From NCBI GenBank assembly GCA_964016885.1, contig OZ024741.1:42594001-42658000 (forward strand): a DNA stretch of 64,000 nt, read 5' to 3'. This document shows, piece by piece, positions 1 to 11,452 of the stretch. The position numbers were made by a program, and so were the translations under genes. The notes beneath the pieces were generated by a model. It had not been told where the DNA came from. It saw only the letters and a list, made by a program, of their open reading frames with translations, and did not search any database. This stretch comes from Eledone cirrhosa. Taxonomy: Eukaryota. How positions within the stretch are numbered: the first letter of the stretch is position 1; every line of letters begins with the position of its first letter.

Positions 1-1100
1 ATTTGAGAGAGAGAAAGAGAGAGTAAGTGAAGGGGAGTGTATGTGAGAGAGAAAGAGAGAGAGAGAGAGTGTGTGTGTGACAGTGTATGTAAGAGAGAGA
101 ATGAGAGAAAGAGTGAAAGAGAATCAATGTGAGAGAGACAGAAAGTGTGTTTGTGTGTGTGAGAGAGAGAGAGATGGAGAGAGAGAAAGGGAATATGTGT
201 GTGAGAGAGAGAATGTGTGTGTGTGTCTGTGTGAGTGTGTGTGTGCGTGTATGAGAGAGTGTGTGTATGTGTGTGTGTGTGAGAGAGAGAGTATGTGTGT
301 GCGAGTGTATGTGCGTGATAACGAAAGACAGAAGAGAGGAGTACTTTTGTAAAAGAATAAATAAAATAGACAATAAGAAGTTAAAAGAGGAACAGAAAGA
401 AATACAAACTGAAGGCTTATGTGTATGTAAGTGTAGGTGTGCTTATGTTGGTGTATGTTTATGTCTGACTTTACATATATGTACGATTGTGTGTGATTGT
501 GTGTGAGGATATGTGCTTTGGGGTGTTTAAGGGTGTGTGCCTCTCTGAGTGTGTATGTGTTTCTTTATATGTGTTTGTGCATGCGTGTATGTGTGGGTGT
601 CTGTTAGTATCTGGTTGTGCCTGCGCGTGTATGTGTATCTGTGTGTGTGTGTTTGTAAGTGTCTGGTTGTGATGCGTGTGTTTGTGTGTGTGTCTGTGTC
701 GTTGTGCCTGCGTATGTATGTGTGTGTGTCTATGTGTGTGCGTGTGTCTGTAAGCGTCTGGTTGTGCTTGCGTGTGTATATGTGTGTTTGTGCGTGTGTC
801 TGTAAGCGTCTAGTTGTGCTTGCATGTGTATGTGTGTGTGCGTGTGTCTTTAAGTGCCTCGTTGTGCATGCATGTATATATGTGTATATACATGTGTATA
901 TGGGGAAATGTGTGTTTATGTATGTGTGTTTATAATAAGTGTCTGGTTGTGGATGCGTGTTTATGTGGATGCGTGCTTAGGCACGTTTATATGTGAGTAT
1001 GAGAATTTATGTATCTGTGTATGTACGTATGTGTTAGTGTGTATATGTCTGTATGGTGTGTATGTGTGCATGTGTGTGCGTATATATGTATGTCTGTGTG
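1..1100. repeat. (GA)n/(GT)n/(TG)n low-complexity microsatellite region
   Basis: Dinucleotide runs seen directly; the ORFs are poly-CV/ER artefacts. Confidence 0.95.
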
Positions 1101-1152
1101 TGCATGAGGAACTAACAGGCGGAAAATACACGAGATTCAATCAACGATAAAA

Positions 1153-1245
1153 CCATACCTGATGATGTTTGTTGGAACATAACAAAACAATCTTTGAGAA
1201 GTTTGTAAGATTTAGTCTGTTGTAAAGAGATTGTCTTTGTTTGGC
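1153..1245 (+). ncRNA. Decayed type I hammerhead motif (PLE-associated)
   Basis: CTGATGA at ~1159, stem II tgttt/gaaca, CAAAAC in place of CGAAAC (likely CpG decay), stem III acaatct...agattgt followed by C (GUC site). Confidence 0.5.
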
Positions 1246-1415
1246 ATCACATAAAAGATACAGTAAGTAAGTGATGAATATACATATATGTCGGGTGTAC
1301 TACTCTATTATGTATTCCTGCCGACATATATGTATATATCTATGTATATATGTATGTATGTACGTATGTATAGTAACGTACTAATATGCATATTGTTCGC
1401 AACTCCCGCTGGTTG

Positions 1416-1524
<109 letters not shown>

Positions 1525-1785
1525 CATTAACAAAGAAAGCCTTAAGCGATACTCTGATCAACTCCATCTCACTCAACAACCATTAGGATATACCTAAGTA
1601 TATTCCCAATTTAGTGTTTGGGGTGCTAACTAATCAGTATTTCGTGGATAGCTGGTTGTATTATTTTATATGAGACATAATTAAATAAATATCTCTTTCC
1701 TTCCAGACTGCCGTTTCGTTATAAGATTTCTACAATTTGGGATAAATAATTTCCAGGTTATGTAGAAACTTGTATATAATCCATA

Positions 1786-1837
<52 letters not shown>

Positions 1838-1927
1838 GGAGTTAAAGAAGATTCAATGAATACATCAAAGAATGATTTTTACAATAGATTGGAAGCAATC
1901 TACAATAGATATTTTACAGAGTTATTA

Positions 1928-2238
1928 ATATTAATTCAAATATTAACAAAATAGATATTCTTGTGATCAATTAAATTTTATTATACATATTTCAAGGTCA
2001 ACAGTACGTCCTCATCAGATAAAATAAAATGATACATGACATACCCTGACATGTTAGATAGTTAAGATTTAATCAAGGTAGTTTGATTAAATCTTAACCA
2101 CCTAACATGTCAGGGTATGTCATGTATCATTTTATTTTATCTGATGAGGACGTACTGTTGAACTTGATTCAGTACCTCTGAAATATGTATAATAAAATTT
2201 AATTGATCACAAGAATATCTATTTTATTAATATTTGAA

Positions 2239-2245
<7 letters not shown>
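1928..2245. mobile_element. Fold-back (long inverted repeat) PLE-derived mini-element between (TA)n tracts, with an HHR motif in each arm
   Basis: ~150 bp near-perfect arms around loop ggtagt (2077-2082); the right end abuts (TA)n. Confidence 0.85.
2134..2198 (+). ncRNA. Type I minimal hammerhead ribozyme
   Basis: Stem I attttat/ataaaat, CTGATGA 2141-2147, stem II gtactg/cagtac, GAAA 2180-2183, tatgta, TA cleavage site. Confidence 0.8.
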
Positions 2246-2275
<30 letters not shown>

Positions 2276-2291
2276 CAAAATAACAACCAGC

Positions 2292-2435
2292 GTGAGGTCC
2301 AGAAATAACCGTCGAAACGGCTTGAGCTCTGCCGTCTGAGTCATACATTTTCCTATTACCCACTCTACTACCCTAAGTATTGGGTACTCTGGTCCGTAAT
2401 GGTCCATCTGGTTCCTTACCACAACTCCTTCGATC
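2292..2435 (+). mobile_element. PLE pLTR 3' tail with HHR 3' half (family A; also at 35841, 41456, 63882)
   Basis: CGAAACGGC...GCCGTC stem III, then a shared tail ending at (TA)n; four similar copies in the window. Confidence 0.75.
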
Positions 2436-2449
2436 TATATATATGTATC

Positions 2450-2522
<73 letters not shown>

Positions 2523-2530
2523 TATATATC

Positions 2531-2592
<62 letters not shown>

Positions 2593-2623
2593 TGCTCTAT
2601 TACTCTATTACGTATTCCTGCCG

Positions 2624-2668
<45 letters not shown>

Positions 2669-2700
2669 AATATACATATGAATATATATATATATATATA

Positions 2701-3416
2701 AGCTAACAAGCTTGAAACTAGTACAGCGTTCCTTTGTCAGTGTTGAACAAACGAGCAACGGTGGTTGCTAGACACTACAGCTTAATACGGGATGTTTGTT
2801 TGTTTACAAACACACCGAGCATTATAATAAATATTCGGTGAATCCATACGTGCATATATATATGTGTGCATGTATGTATATATATATATACATACTACTG
2901 TACGTCGGTATGCATATATGTGTGTACGTGTACATACTTATATTTAAGTAACAGCCGTACTAAGAGTAGGAAATGAAATATCGTTTCATTTTTTCCGTTT
3001 ATCGTTTTCGGTGCACACGGCCGATTAACCCACTCGATATGCAAATTGGGCTACTCAACCGTTAATATGCATAAGGTAAGTATATACGTTCAACAATCTG
3101 GCAGGAAGGTATACGTTGCTGACGATAGCTAACAAGCTTGAAACTAGTACAGCATTCCTTTGTCAGTGCAAACGAGCAACAGTGGTTGCTAGACACTACG
3201 GCTTAATATGGGATGTTTGTTTACAAACACACCGAGCATTATAATAAATATTCAGTGAATCCATACATGCATATATATATGTGTGCATGTATGTATATAT
3301 ATGTATACATACTACTGTACGTCGGTATGCATATATGTGTGTACGTGTACATACTTATATTTAAGTAACAGCCGTACTAAGAGTGGGAAATGAAATATCG
3401 TTTCATTTTTTCCGTT

Positions 3417-3417
<1 letters not shown>
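2701..3417 (+). mobile_element. Partial-tandem non-coding HHR element (~426 bp unit), retrozyme-like or non-autonomous PLE
   Basis: 2701-~2998 is repeated at 3127-3417; both ends abut (TA)n; contains an HHR; no ORF. Confidence 0.75.
3113..3155 (+). ncRNA. Type I minimal hammerhead ribozyme
   Basis: Stem I gttg/cagc, CTGACGA 3119-3125, stem II agct-aaca-agct, GAAA, palindromic actagt, A17. Confidence 0.85.
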
Positions 3418-3492
<75 letters not shown>

Positions 3493-3499
3493 TATGTAT

Positions 3500-3716
3500 A
3501 TTAAAATAGCAGATTAAAGTTTAAGCAAAGAAACGCTGCTTTCCCCCTTAACGGGATCTTCGAGGATCCCGGTAAGGGTGAAAGCAGCGATTCTTTGTTT
3601 AAACTTTAATCTGCTATTTTAATAAATATTTGCTCTACGGTTCTTATATATTTGATATATATTTATCCTTATTGAGCCCTCTTTGGAGCTTAGTCTTCAA
3701 ATTTATTATTATTAGT
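3500..3716 (+). mobile_element. Fold-back mini-element, family B (second copy at 15682-15888)
   Basis: Inverted arms 3500-3558/3565-3623 plus a unique 3' tail to (TA)n; the central hairpin is followed by TGAAA. Confidence 0.75.
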
Positions 3717-3724
3717 ATATATAT

Positions 3725-4470
3725 GTTAATTAAGCCCCCATATTAACTGTAAAACTAGAAATGTAGTATATAGCATAAGATGTACTGAAGGACAATGTAG
3801 AGATACAAATATAGTGTACATAGGTGGGACAGCTCGTAGTATAGGGGAACGGATAAATGAACACTGGCGAGACCTTCAAGATGGTAAAGAATCATCTGTA
3901 CTCTACCAACATGCTAAAATAGAACATAAGGGTAAATTAGAGAACATAGAAATAAAAATAGAATCTACACACAGAAAAGACGTAATGTTTAGACAAATCA
4001 CAGGGGCAATAAACATAAATGAACTCCAACCAAAATTAAATAGAAAACATGAATGGAACAGCAACATCCCAACTTACAATTAAGGACAAAATGAAAACAC
4101 ACACGCACATAGAACAAACAACCAACCAGTAACATATAAATATACAAATAAATAAACAAATATAAACACACACAGACACCCAGATGTAACACATGCGCAA
4201 ACTAAGCACACAACACACACAAAAACAAGATGGCATAGGACAGAACAAAGGAGAGGCACAAAAACAAAGAAAAGACTCCCCAGTCACGGAAGAGGTCACA
4301 GAATGTGTGACGAAAGAACTTTGACAATATATAAACAATCATCTGGTTGTGGAACCAACCGGAAATTTATAAATATATACATTTATAGATTTATTATAAT
4401 AAATTGAAGTGAAAGCACTGGTCCGTGTGTTTCTTATTGGCAAGATGACCCTCCCAAAGTATAACAATAT
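3725..4470 (+). mobile_element. 5'-truncated Penelope-like element: GIY-YIG endonuclease C-terminus plus pLTR with HHR
   Basis: Frame 3730-4083 reads CKTRNVVYSIRC..C..YIGGTARSIGERINEH...PKLNRKHEW; HHR with mutated core (CGGAAGA) at ~4282-4325; flanked by TA. Confidence 0.9.
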
Positions 4471-4474
4471 ATAA

Positions 4475-4525
<51 letters not shown>

Positions 4526-4526
<1 letters not shown>

Positions 4527-4705
4527 GTAGAACATTGGAAGATAATATCCGTAGTGGTAGAGCACTCAGTCCATGGGACGAATTTGGTAGAATTGGTAAC
4601 AGAACAGTTAGTTCACCATCATGCTGACAAGTACGAGCTGAAGATCCGCTAAAGTGAAACAATTGTTCTCGGTTTGGTGAACTAACTGTTGTATTACCAC
4701 TTCTA
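4526..4705. mobile_element. Fold-back HHR mini-element, family C
   Basis: HHR cgag-CTGAAGA(4638)-GAAA-caattg-TT-ctcg on +; the left part is the family tail inverted (compare 6150-6240). Confidence 0.8.
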
Positions 4706-4864
4706 TATATATATATATATTTCTTTTAGGTTTGTTGGTTCACCTCTGTATATAACTGGTCATTCCGTGCAGTCAGCCTTGATGTAATATTAGGGAGACC
4801 ACTCGGCGTAATGCAGCTCACCCGTCTTTGTTTGTGTTGTTGGTGGTACGAGTACGGAGTTAGT

Positions 4865-5114
4865 TATTATAAAATAACAGGAGGCTGGACTGGTGTAATT
4901 CCTTAAAGGTTTATTATATTATGAACATTTCAATGACCGGGTTCAGTATGAATCCGGTGACATTATCAAGTATTCGAAATTTAACAAAGGAATATAATAG
5001 ACAACATCCATGGGGCTGAAAAGGCAGAGAGACCTGAAGGCGGCCAAACATTTAACAGTTTCTAGTCCGGTCAGCTGCCTTTAAGGAATTACACCAGTCC
5101 AGCCTCGTGTTATT

Positions 5115-5122
<8 letters not shown>
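4865..5122. mobile_element. Inverted-repeat mini-element with minus-strand HHR motif (TTGATAA core)
   Basis: ~45 bp inverted repeats 4865-4909/5078-5122; the minus strand reads TTGATAA-tgtcaccgg...ccggtca-T-GAAA-tgttca-TA; stem I is imperfect. Confidence 0.65.
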
Positions 5123-5181
<59 letters not shown>

Positions 5182-5212
5182 AGATCAAAAGATGGTTAAA
5201 GGAATTCCATAT

Positions 5213-5274
5213 ATTTTATTATGCGCATTTCAAAAACAAACATCAATAATATTTGTGTTTTCATCAGATAAAAC
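5213..5274 (-). ncRNA. Type I minimal hammerhead ribozyme in a PLE tail ending at (TA)n
   Basis: Minus strand: gttttat-CTGATGA-stem II-GAAA-tgcgca-TA-ataaaat. Confidence 0.8.
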
Positions 5275-5427
5275 AGGAGAACATGATATGAAGGCTAAAA
5301 AACACTTGTGGATAGTGCAGTTTTAAATCAACATATTATGCATACTCCAGTCCCACAAACAGTAGAGTGCTTCTTATCCGATATCTGCATTGCTTTATTG
5401 TACTACAATAAAACTCACCTCCTACAT

Positions 5428-5463
<36 letters not shown>

Positions 5464-6089
5464 GTTGACGGCTGAGAGAAAAGTGTACTTAAAACCAAAG
5501 TACAGTTTTGATATTCATTTTATTCTTATGTTAAGGCTAAATAGAGAGTTTTGTTACTTTCTTCATGTCACTCATTTTTCAACCATAATTCTCGCTGCCA
5601 ATTTTTCTGAGCTAAATTTCTGCATCTGGAAATTAGGTTTTTGTTTATCCCACTTCGAAACATCCACGTACTTGTATATAAATATCGAATGCTTCCATTT
5701 AATGTTTGTGATAGTGTGTCATCAAAACTGGACATGTACATCTATCCATTGCCAATACATATATCTTGTATTTTTTTCTAATATGACGGCATAAAGAAAT
5801 ATATGAGTCTGATGTAACGGATCTAATGGCAGGTGGCTATGTTTGTTTCAGTCAAGCAACTCTATATGTATTTCTTGGTATTGAGCAATTGCTTTTTGTT
5901 ACTCACTAATACTAAAGTATGATAATCTCCTCTTCTTCTTAGCCCACTTATTCCTGAGAGGATCGTGGGGCAGAGTCCTCAAAAAGTCCTTCTAGCGGGT
6001 CCTGTCAGAAGCAACCGTCTCCAACTGATCCGGCTGGATCTCCACCCAAGCGTGACCAGCCAACCGTACGCTTGTCCTTCCTGTTCCTA

Positions 6090-6240
6090 TAACCATACAC
6101 ATCCCGAGCTGATGATCCGCTAAGGTGAAACAATTGTTCTCGGTATGGTTAACTAACTGTTGTGTAACCACTTCTACCTAACTCGTCCCTTGGACTGAGT
6201 GCTCTACCACTACGGATATTATCTTCCAGTGTTCCACCAC
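6090..6240 (+). mobile_element. PLE tail, family C, with intact minimal HHR (6104-6143)
   Basis: ccgag-CTGATGA-t-cc gctaa gg-t-GAAA-caattg-TT-ctcgg, with distal pairing aaccata/tatggtt; ends at (TA)n. Confidence 0.85.
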
Positions 6241-6261
6241 TATATATATATATATATATAT

Positions 6262-6378
6262 AATTGCTTCTACGTTTGGCACAAGACCAGCAATTTCAGT
6301 GTATTACTGGTACTTTATTTTATCGACCTCGTAAGGATGAAAGGCGAAGTGAACCTTGGCGGGATTTGAACTCAGTAC
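6262..6378 (-). mobile_element. Nin-domain SINE fragment
   Basis: Minus strand reads CCTTTCATCCTTACGAGGTCGATAAAATAAAGTACCAG (Nin-like core); many copies in the window. Confidence 0.7.
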
Positions 6379-6384
6379 ATACAT

Positions 6385-6748
6385 ATATGTATAAAGACGT
6401 ACAGTAGTATGTATATATATACATACATTCACATATATATATATATGTACGTATGGGTTTACCGAACATGTATTATCATGTTCGGTTTGTATGTAAACAA
6501 ACAGCCAGAATTACGCCATACAGTGTTCGGCAACCTTCGTTGCCTTTTTTTTCAACACTGACAAAGGAACGATGAACTAGTTTCTAGCTAATTAGATGTC
6601 ATCAGCACTGTATACCTTCCTGTCAATCGATTGAACGTTTGAAAGTATATACTTTCCTTATGCATATTAAAGGCTGAGCAGCCTAATTTGCATATCGAGT
6701 GAGTTAGTCGGCCGGGCGCACCGAAAACGATAAATAGAAAGAATGCCT
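6385..6748 (-). mobile_element. Diverged copy of the 2701-3417 HHR repeat family
   Basis: Reverse complement aligns by eye with 2985-3320, including CTGATGA...actagt and the tail-to-head junction. Confidence 0.75.
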
Positions 6749-7399
6749 ATTATTAATAAAACATATAGAAATTTAACACGTGCACACACACACATACAAA
6801 CCCAATCAACGAGATTGATCAAAACTCTATACTCGACCTACAGACAAGTGAACCGTGTGCTAGATAACCTTTTTTACTCAATATTCTCAACGAAAATGAC
6901 GCTAACTGTTCTAACTTCTCGCCTTTTCAGTTATCCCAGTTAGATACGAACTTTAATTGCTTGCTTCCATCGGCTCTTAATTTTTACATTGGAATTCTTT
7001 ATAAATTTACATGGTTTCTGATAATACTGCCATAGATGTGTGAAAATGATTAAAAACTCATTAAAACAACTTTGTTTCGAAATCCGCATAATTAGTTTTT
7101 GATTAGCAGGATATCAATAAGAATATGAATAAATTATAGACTAATAGCAAAGAGTAGCTATTGTGTATATTCTTTTCATTGAATTTTAGTCCACACGTCG
7201 AATAAAGACGAGATATGTTAGTATTTGAAGCCGAGAGTATAAATATTAATATGAGGTGGCGAATTAGCTGAGCCGTTAAAGTAACGGTTAGAGCCACGTT
7301 GCATTTGTTCCAATTCTCTGCGCTCTGTGTTCAGCATCGAATGAAGATGAAATAATGTGTTATTTGAAGCAGTGAATATCAATATGCAGAGGAGAATTT

Positions 7400-7530
7400 T
7401 CTGAGACGTTCGAGCAACGGATAGAATACCTTGTGATAATCGTATCGGCTTCTACACTCTGAGTTCAATATCTCACCGAGATCAATATTACCTTTTATCC
7501 TTTCGGAAGGATAAATCAAATTCCAGTCCA
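7400..7530 (+). mobile_element. Decayed Nin-domain SINE
   Basis: tctgagttcaa...ccgagatcaa...ccttttatcctttcgga motif as in other copies. Confidence 0.5.
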
Positions 7531-8289
7531 GGGCTGTGATTTGCGGAGTTATTAGAACCTCGAATGTGATGCCTTGCCATATCTGATTCGACTCTTCACG
7601 TTCTAAATTCCAATTCGAATCTGGTCTACGTAATCCCTTATGCGGTTTAACATAATTGCTTTCTCTTGCGTGTTGCTAATCCGAGCTGTTGAAGTCATTC
7701 TGCCTAGATTCCTGTGAAAATTGTTAGTCATTCTATCACGGGAGCATCCTGCCTCATGTAAAACTAACCGTCGTTGGCAGGTATGCCACCAATCAGCATA
7801 AATAAGCAGCAGACTGCATGTTGAACTTTTGTACAGCAGTAGATCGAATGGAAAAAAATATTGGCATTTTGAATATTATAGGAAGGAAGAGAGATACCTA
7901 TATTCTAGATAGTTGTACTGCTTAGAAAATTCCCCCTGAAGCATGTATGATTTCTTAAATAACAAAATAAATATGTTTTCATAAGTTAAGGTAGTCAGAA
8001 AAATAGAAGGCAAAGCCGTAACTCTGAAGTCTTCCACAAATTAAAATTATTGAGATTGTTGTGGCTAACCTCAAATTGAATTACTGTAATAAAAGGACTC
8101 TCCACCACAATATGCCGAACTAATTGTTTGCTCTCCCTACCATCTTAAAAAAAAGCTTGCCGTTTTTTTCAAACTTTCAAACCTCCGTTTTCTCTTAACT
8201 TTGCTCTTTCCCGACGAAAGACTAACATTCAATACGTCGAAATATTTTTTTATCTTCATTCCCAAGCATGAAACTAATATGACTTTATG

Positions 8290-9660
8290 TCACTGCATCT
8301 CTGTATTCGTATTGTTATTGCTGAGCGAGGGGGAGAACATATATGAACCATGCAATGCAATACATGATACCATCAGATTCTGTATTGAACATCCAGCAGC
8401 TAATGATGCCTTAAGCCAGCTCAACTTCACCCTATCCCTCGCTCCAGGAAAGGCCAACATGAAATTTTAGGAAAAGAAAACGAAGAAGGATATCTCCATC
8501 CACCCAGACTCTGCATAGCCATCGAACCTAAAATACCACGTGGCCCGGATGAGCTCAAACTTCGCGTGGATAGATGTGATGAAACCATCCTGGCAGAGAC
8601 CAAGGAAACCAACTTCCGGAGACTGATAACGAGGCTATGGAAAACGCTTTGTGGAATATGAGTGGAATAAAGTTGGTGAACACAGCCATACACCAACATT
8701 AACTTTAACTCTAGCAGAAACCAATAATTCTCACAGACCAACAAGAACTTCGAAAGACACAATAACACCAACACCAACTAAACGTATAACACCAACGACT
8801 GACAGGACAACAACAAGAAGAGAGACAGAGAGAGAGAAAGAGAGAGTGAGAGAAAGAGAGAGTGAGAGAGATAGAGAGAAAGAGGGAGAGAGAGATTGAG
8901 AAAGAGAGAGTGAGAGAGAGAGAGAGGAAAATGAAAGTAAGAAAGAGAAAGAAATGTTTAGGAACGAGAAAAGAAGAACTAAATAAATGAGCGAACAAAG
9001 ATAAAGACAAAAATTGGGTGAACATTGACCTGCTGTACTACGAGGAACAAACGGAAACGTGTCTAAGAAACTGTATAAGATGATCAGGTCTGCCTGTGTC
9101 GATAACATGGCGTGGGTGGACGTTGAGACAATACAACTCACAGAGCCACAGAGAAAGCCCATAACTCCTTCATCGACGCCCTGTCAGGGAATGCACTACT
9201 ACCACAACAGTATTGAACAAGACAAAGCCAAATATGCCTAAGAATTCATGTAGTATATGAGTGGAACTACATATGTTCTATAAAACGACAATTACATCAC
9301 AATGCGAAAGAACACTTGCACAAAGTAATACCACCAAGTGTAGTATTCTAACACAGACACGAATACTTGCGGAACAAACAGATGCAGTATGCATGCAAAT
9401 AACCGAGGCACATTTCATTAGGAAGCGAGAGCGCGGCCTAAACCCTCGGAGTGATCTGGACACATGGAGACGCCAGTAAACATACACCAACGGTTATGGA
9501 TTTGCCAAACATGAGCAGCCGGGACTGAAGAAAAACTTTAGATCCTAAAGCGATAACCATCAATTAACCCATACTTGCTCACCTATAGAGTTCAATTAAG
9601 AGAAGCTGAAACTAAAGATTAATTGCATCAAACTCACCCAGATTTCAGTAGAAACAAATG
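8290..9660 (+). pseudogene. Highly decayed Penelope-like element (RT thumb, GIY-YIG tail, HHR remnant), split by (GA)n at ~8820-8960
   Basis: IRFCIEHP..LSQLNFTL..KF*EKKTKKDISIHPDS (PLE RT-like); ILAEQTDAVCMQITEAHFIRK..GLNPRSDL (GIY-YIG C-terminus-like); CTGAAGA-ctttag/ctaaag at ~9525. Confidence 0.5.
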
Positions 9661-9767
9661 TCATCGTTGCTGTCATGTAGTCTATACACACACACACCAA
9701 TACATACATATATACATACATACATACACACATACACACACACATACATACATATATATGTATGTAC

Positions 9768-10540
9768 GTAAGCAGCTGTCAAAAGATGTCATCGCGGTAC
9801 TATCTACCTATGAGGCATGATGTAGTGGCCTAACACTGTACAATGCAATCCATAGAAAAGATAGCCCCGATAATAAACACATTAAAAGATACAGCAATGT
9901 GGAAGACATACATATACATAATATGAAAGAGTACTGGTGGAATGTTCCAGTAAAAACCCCAATAAAATGCAGGCATAACAGACCAGATATAATTATATGG
10001 GACAGGGAAAAGAAAGCATGCACAGTAGTGGAAGTTAGTTGTCCAGCAGATGCCAATATAATATCAAAGATTAGCGAAAAGGAGAATATTTATGCAGAAC
10101 TAATGAGAAATTTGCAGATACTCCAGATACTTCAGATTTATGCCTATGATTATTGGGGCACTGGGGTATGTTAGTAACTGCCTCAATACAAATCTTGAGA
10201 AAATGGACTACACAGGAACAGAAAGAACACAACTAGTTAGGAAATTACAAGTACAATCCATTAATGGAACAGTAAAAATATGTAAAACATTCCAAACATT
10301 TTGCATCTAATAACTGCATACACACATGTACAGATACAAAGCGTATATGCACACATATAACTAAAAACATCCACATCTACACATACAATAACATCCATAC
10401 ATACACATGCATGCCTGCAGACATGCATACATATCTACCTAGTTGATGTTGTGTAAATTCCAATGAAAGAGGTTTGTATCTATGTAAGAAACCGCCTCTC
10501 TGTCTATTGGGAAAAATTTGTGAAATTATAAAACCAGAAG
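9768..10540 (+). mobile_element. 5'-truncated RLE-type (R4/Dong-related) non-LTR retrotransposon, decayed
   Basis: RHDVVA..., EYWWN...HNRPDIIIWD...VEVSCP...KENIY, IIGALG; flanked by (CATA)n-like repeats. Confidence 0.85.
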
Positions 10541-10554
10541 AACATACATACAAA

Positions 10555-11419
10555 AAAAATAGACCAATTTACAGAGAAAGATTTGCATGGGTACTTAAGA
10601 CGAAAATCACAGACCACAGAGGGGATAAATCATTCAAAAAGCCTGGCATGGAGTTCCGACAAGTTTATGACATCCCACCTTGAAGTATATCTCTATGCAA
10701 TACAGGAACAAGAAATCCCTACCAAATATCTGCTACAGAAAAGACGAGGGCTATCAGTCGACAATAAATGTAGGTTTTGTAAAACAAAGATCGAAGATGT
10801 TAGCCACATTGTTGCCATCTGCGAAAGAATGCAGTCTCGCTACTACCTACCTATGACACACGATGTGATAGCTAGAACCATCTGGAGTACACTTCGGAAA
10901 ACAAAATTAAAAGCAAATGAGGAGGAATATGTTGAGACAGATGGCATTAAAGAATACAGGTGGACCCTGAAAATAAAAACTGCCACCGAATTAAAGCACA
11001 ACCGGCCTGATATTGATGTTTGGGACCATACATTGAAAACGTGCTCTGTTGTAGAGATCAGCTGCGCACTTGATGTCAACGTTGTAAGAAAAATACAAGA
11101 GAAGGAAGACATCTACGGACCATCGATGAGAAGTTTGCAGATCCAGTATCCAAGATACACTTTTAGCTTCATATCCATCATTATTGGAGCTACAGGTTAT
11201 ATACCAACTCACTTGGACCAAAATATAACTGAACTCGGATTTGTGGACAAAGAGTGCAGTTCCCTAACTCATAGACTACAAATGGCTGCGATAGCTGGCA
11301 CTTTCAAAATTTGCAAAATATTCTTGCGTTTCAAGGGATGATAATTTGTTTTCTTTTACAACCTAGCCACCAGGAAAGTGGCTGGTCAAAAATATACTCA
11401 AAATTAAGAGAAAGAGAAA
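10555..11419 (+). mobile_element. 5'-truncated RLE-type non-LTR retrotransposon (ORF 10583-11341)
   Basis: AIQEQ, CRFC..EDVSHIVAIC zinc knuckle, HNRPDI..VEISC..K PD-(D/E)xK nuclease; followed by (CATA)n. Confidence 0.9.
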
Positions 11420-11452
11420 CATACATACATACATGCATATACATACATACAT

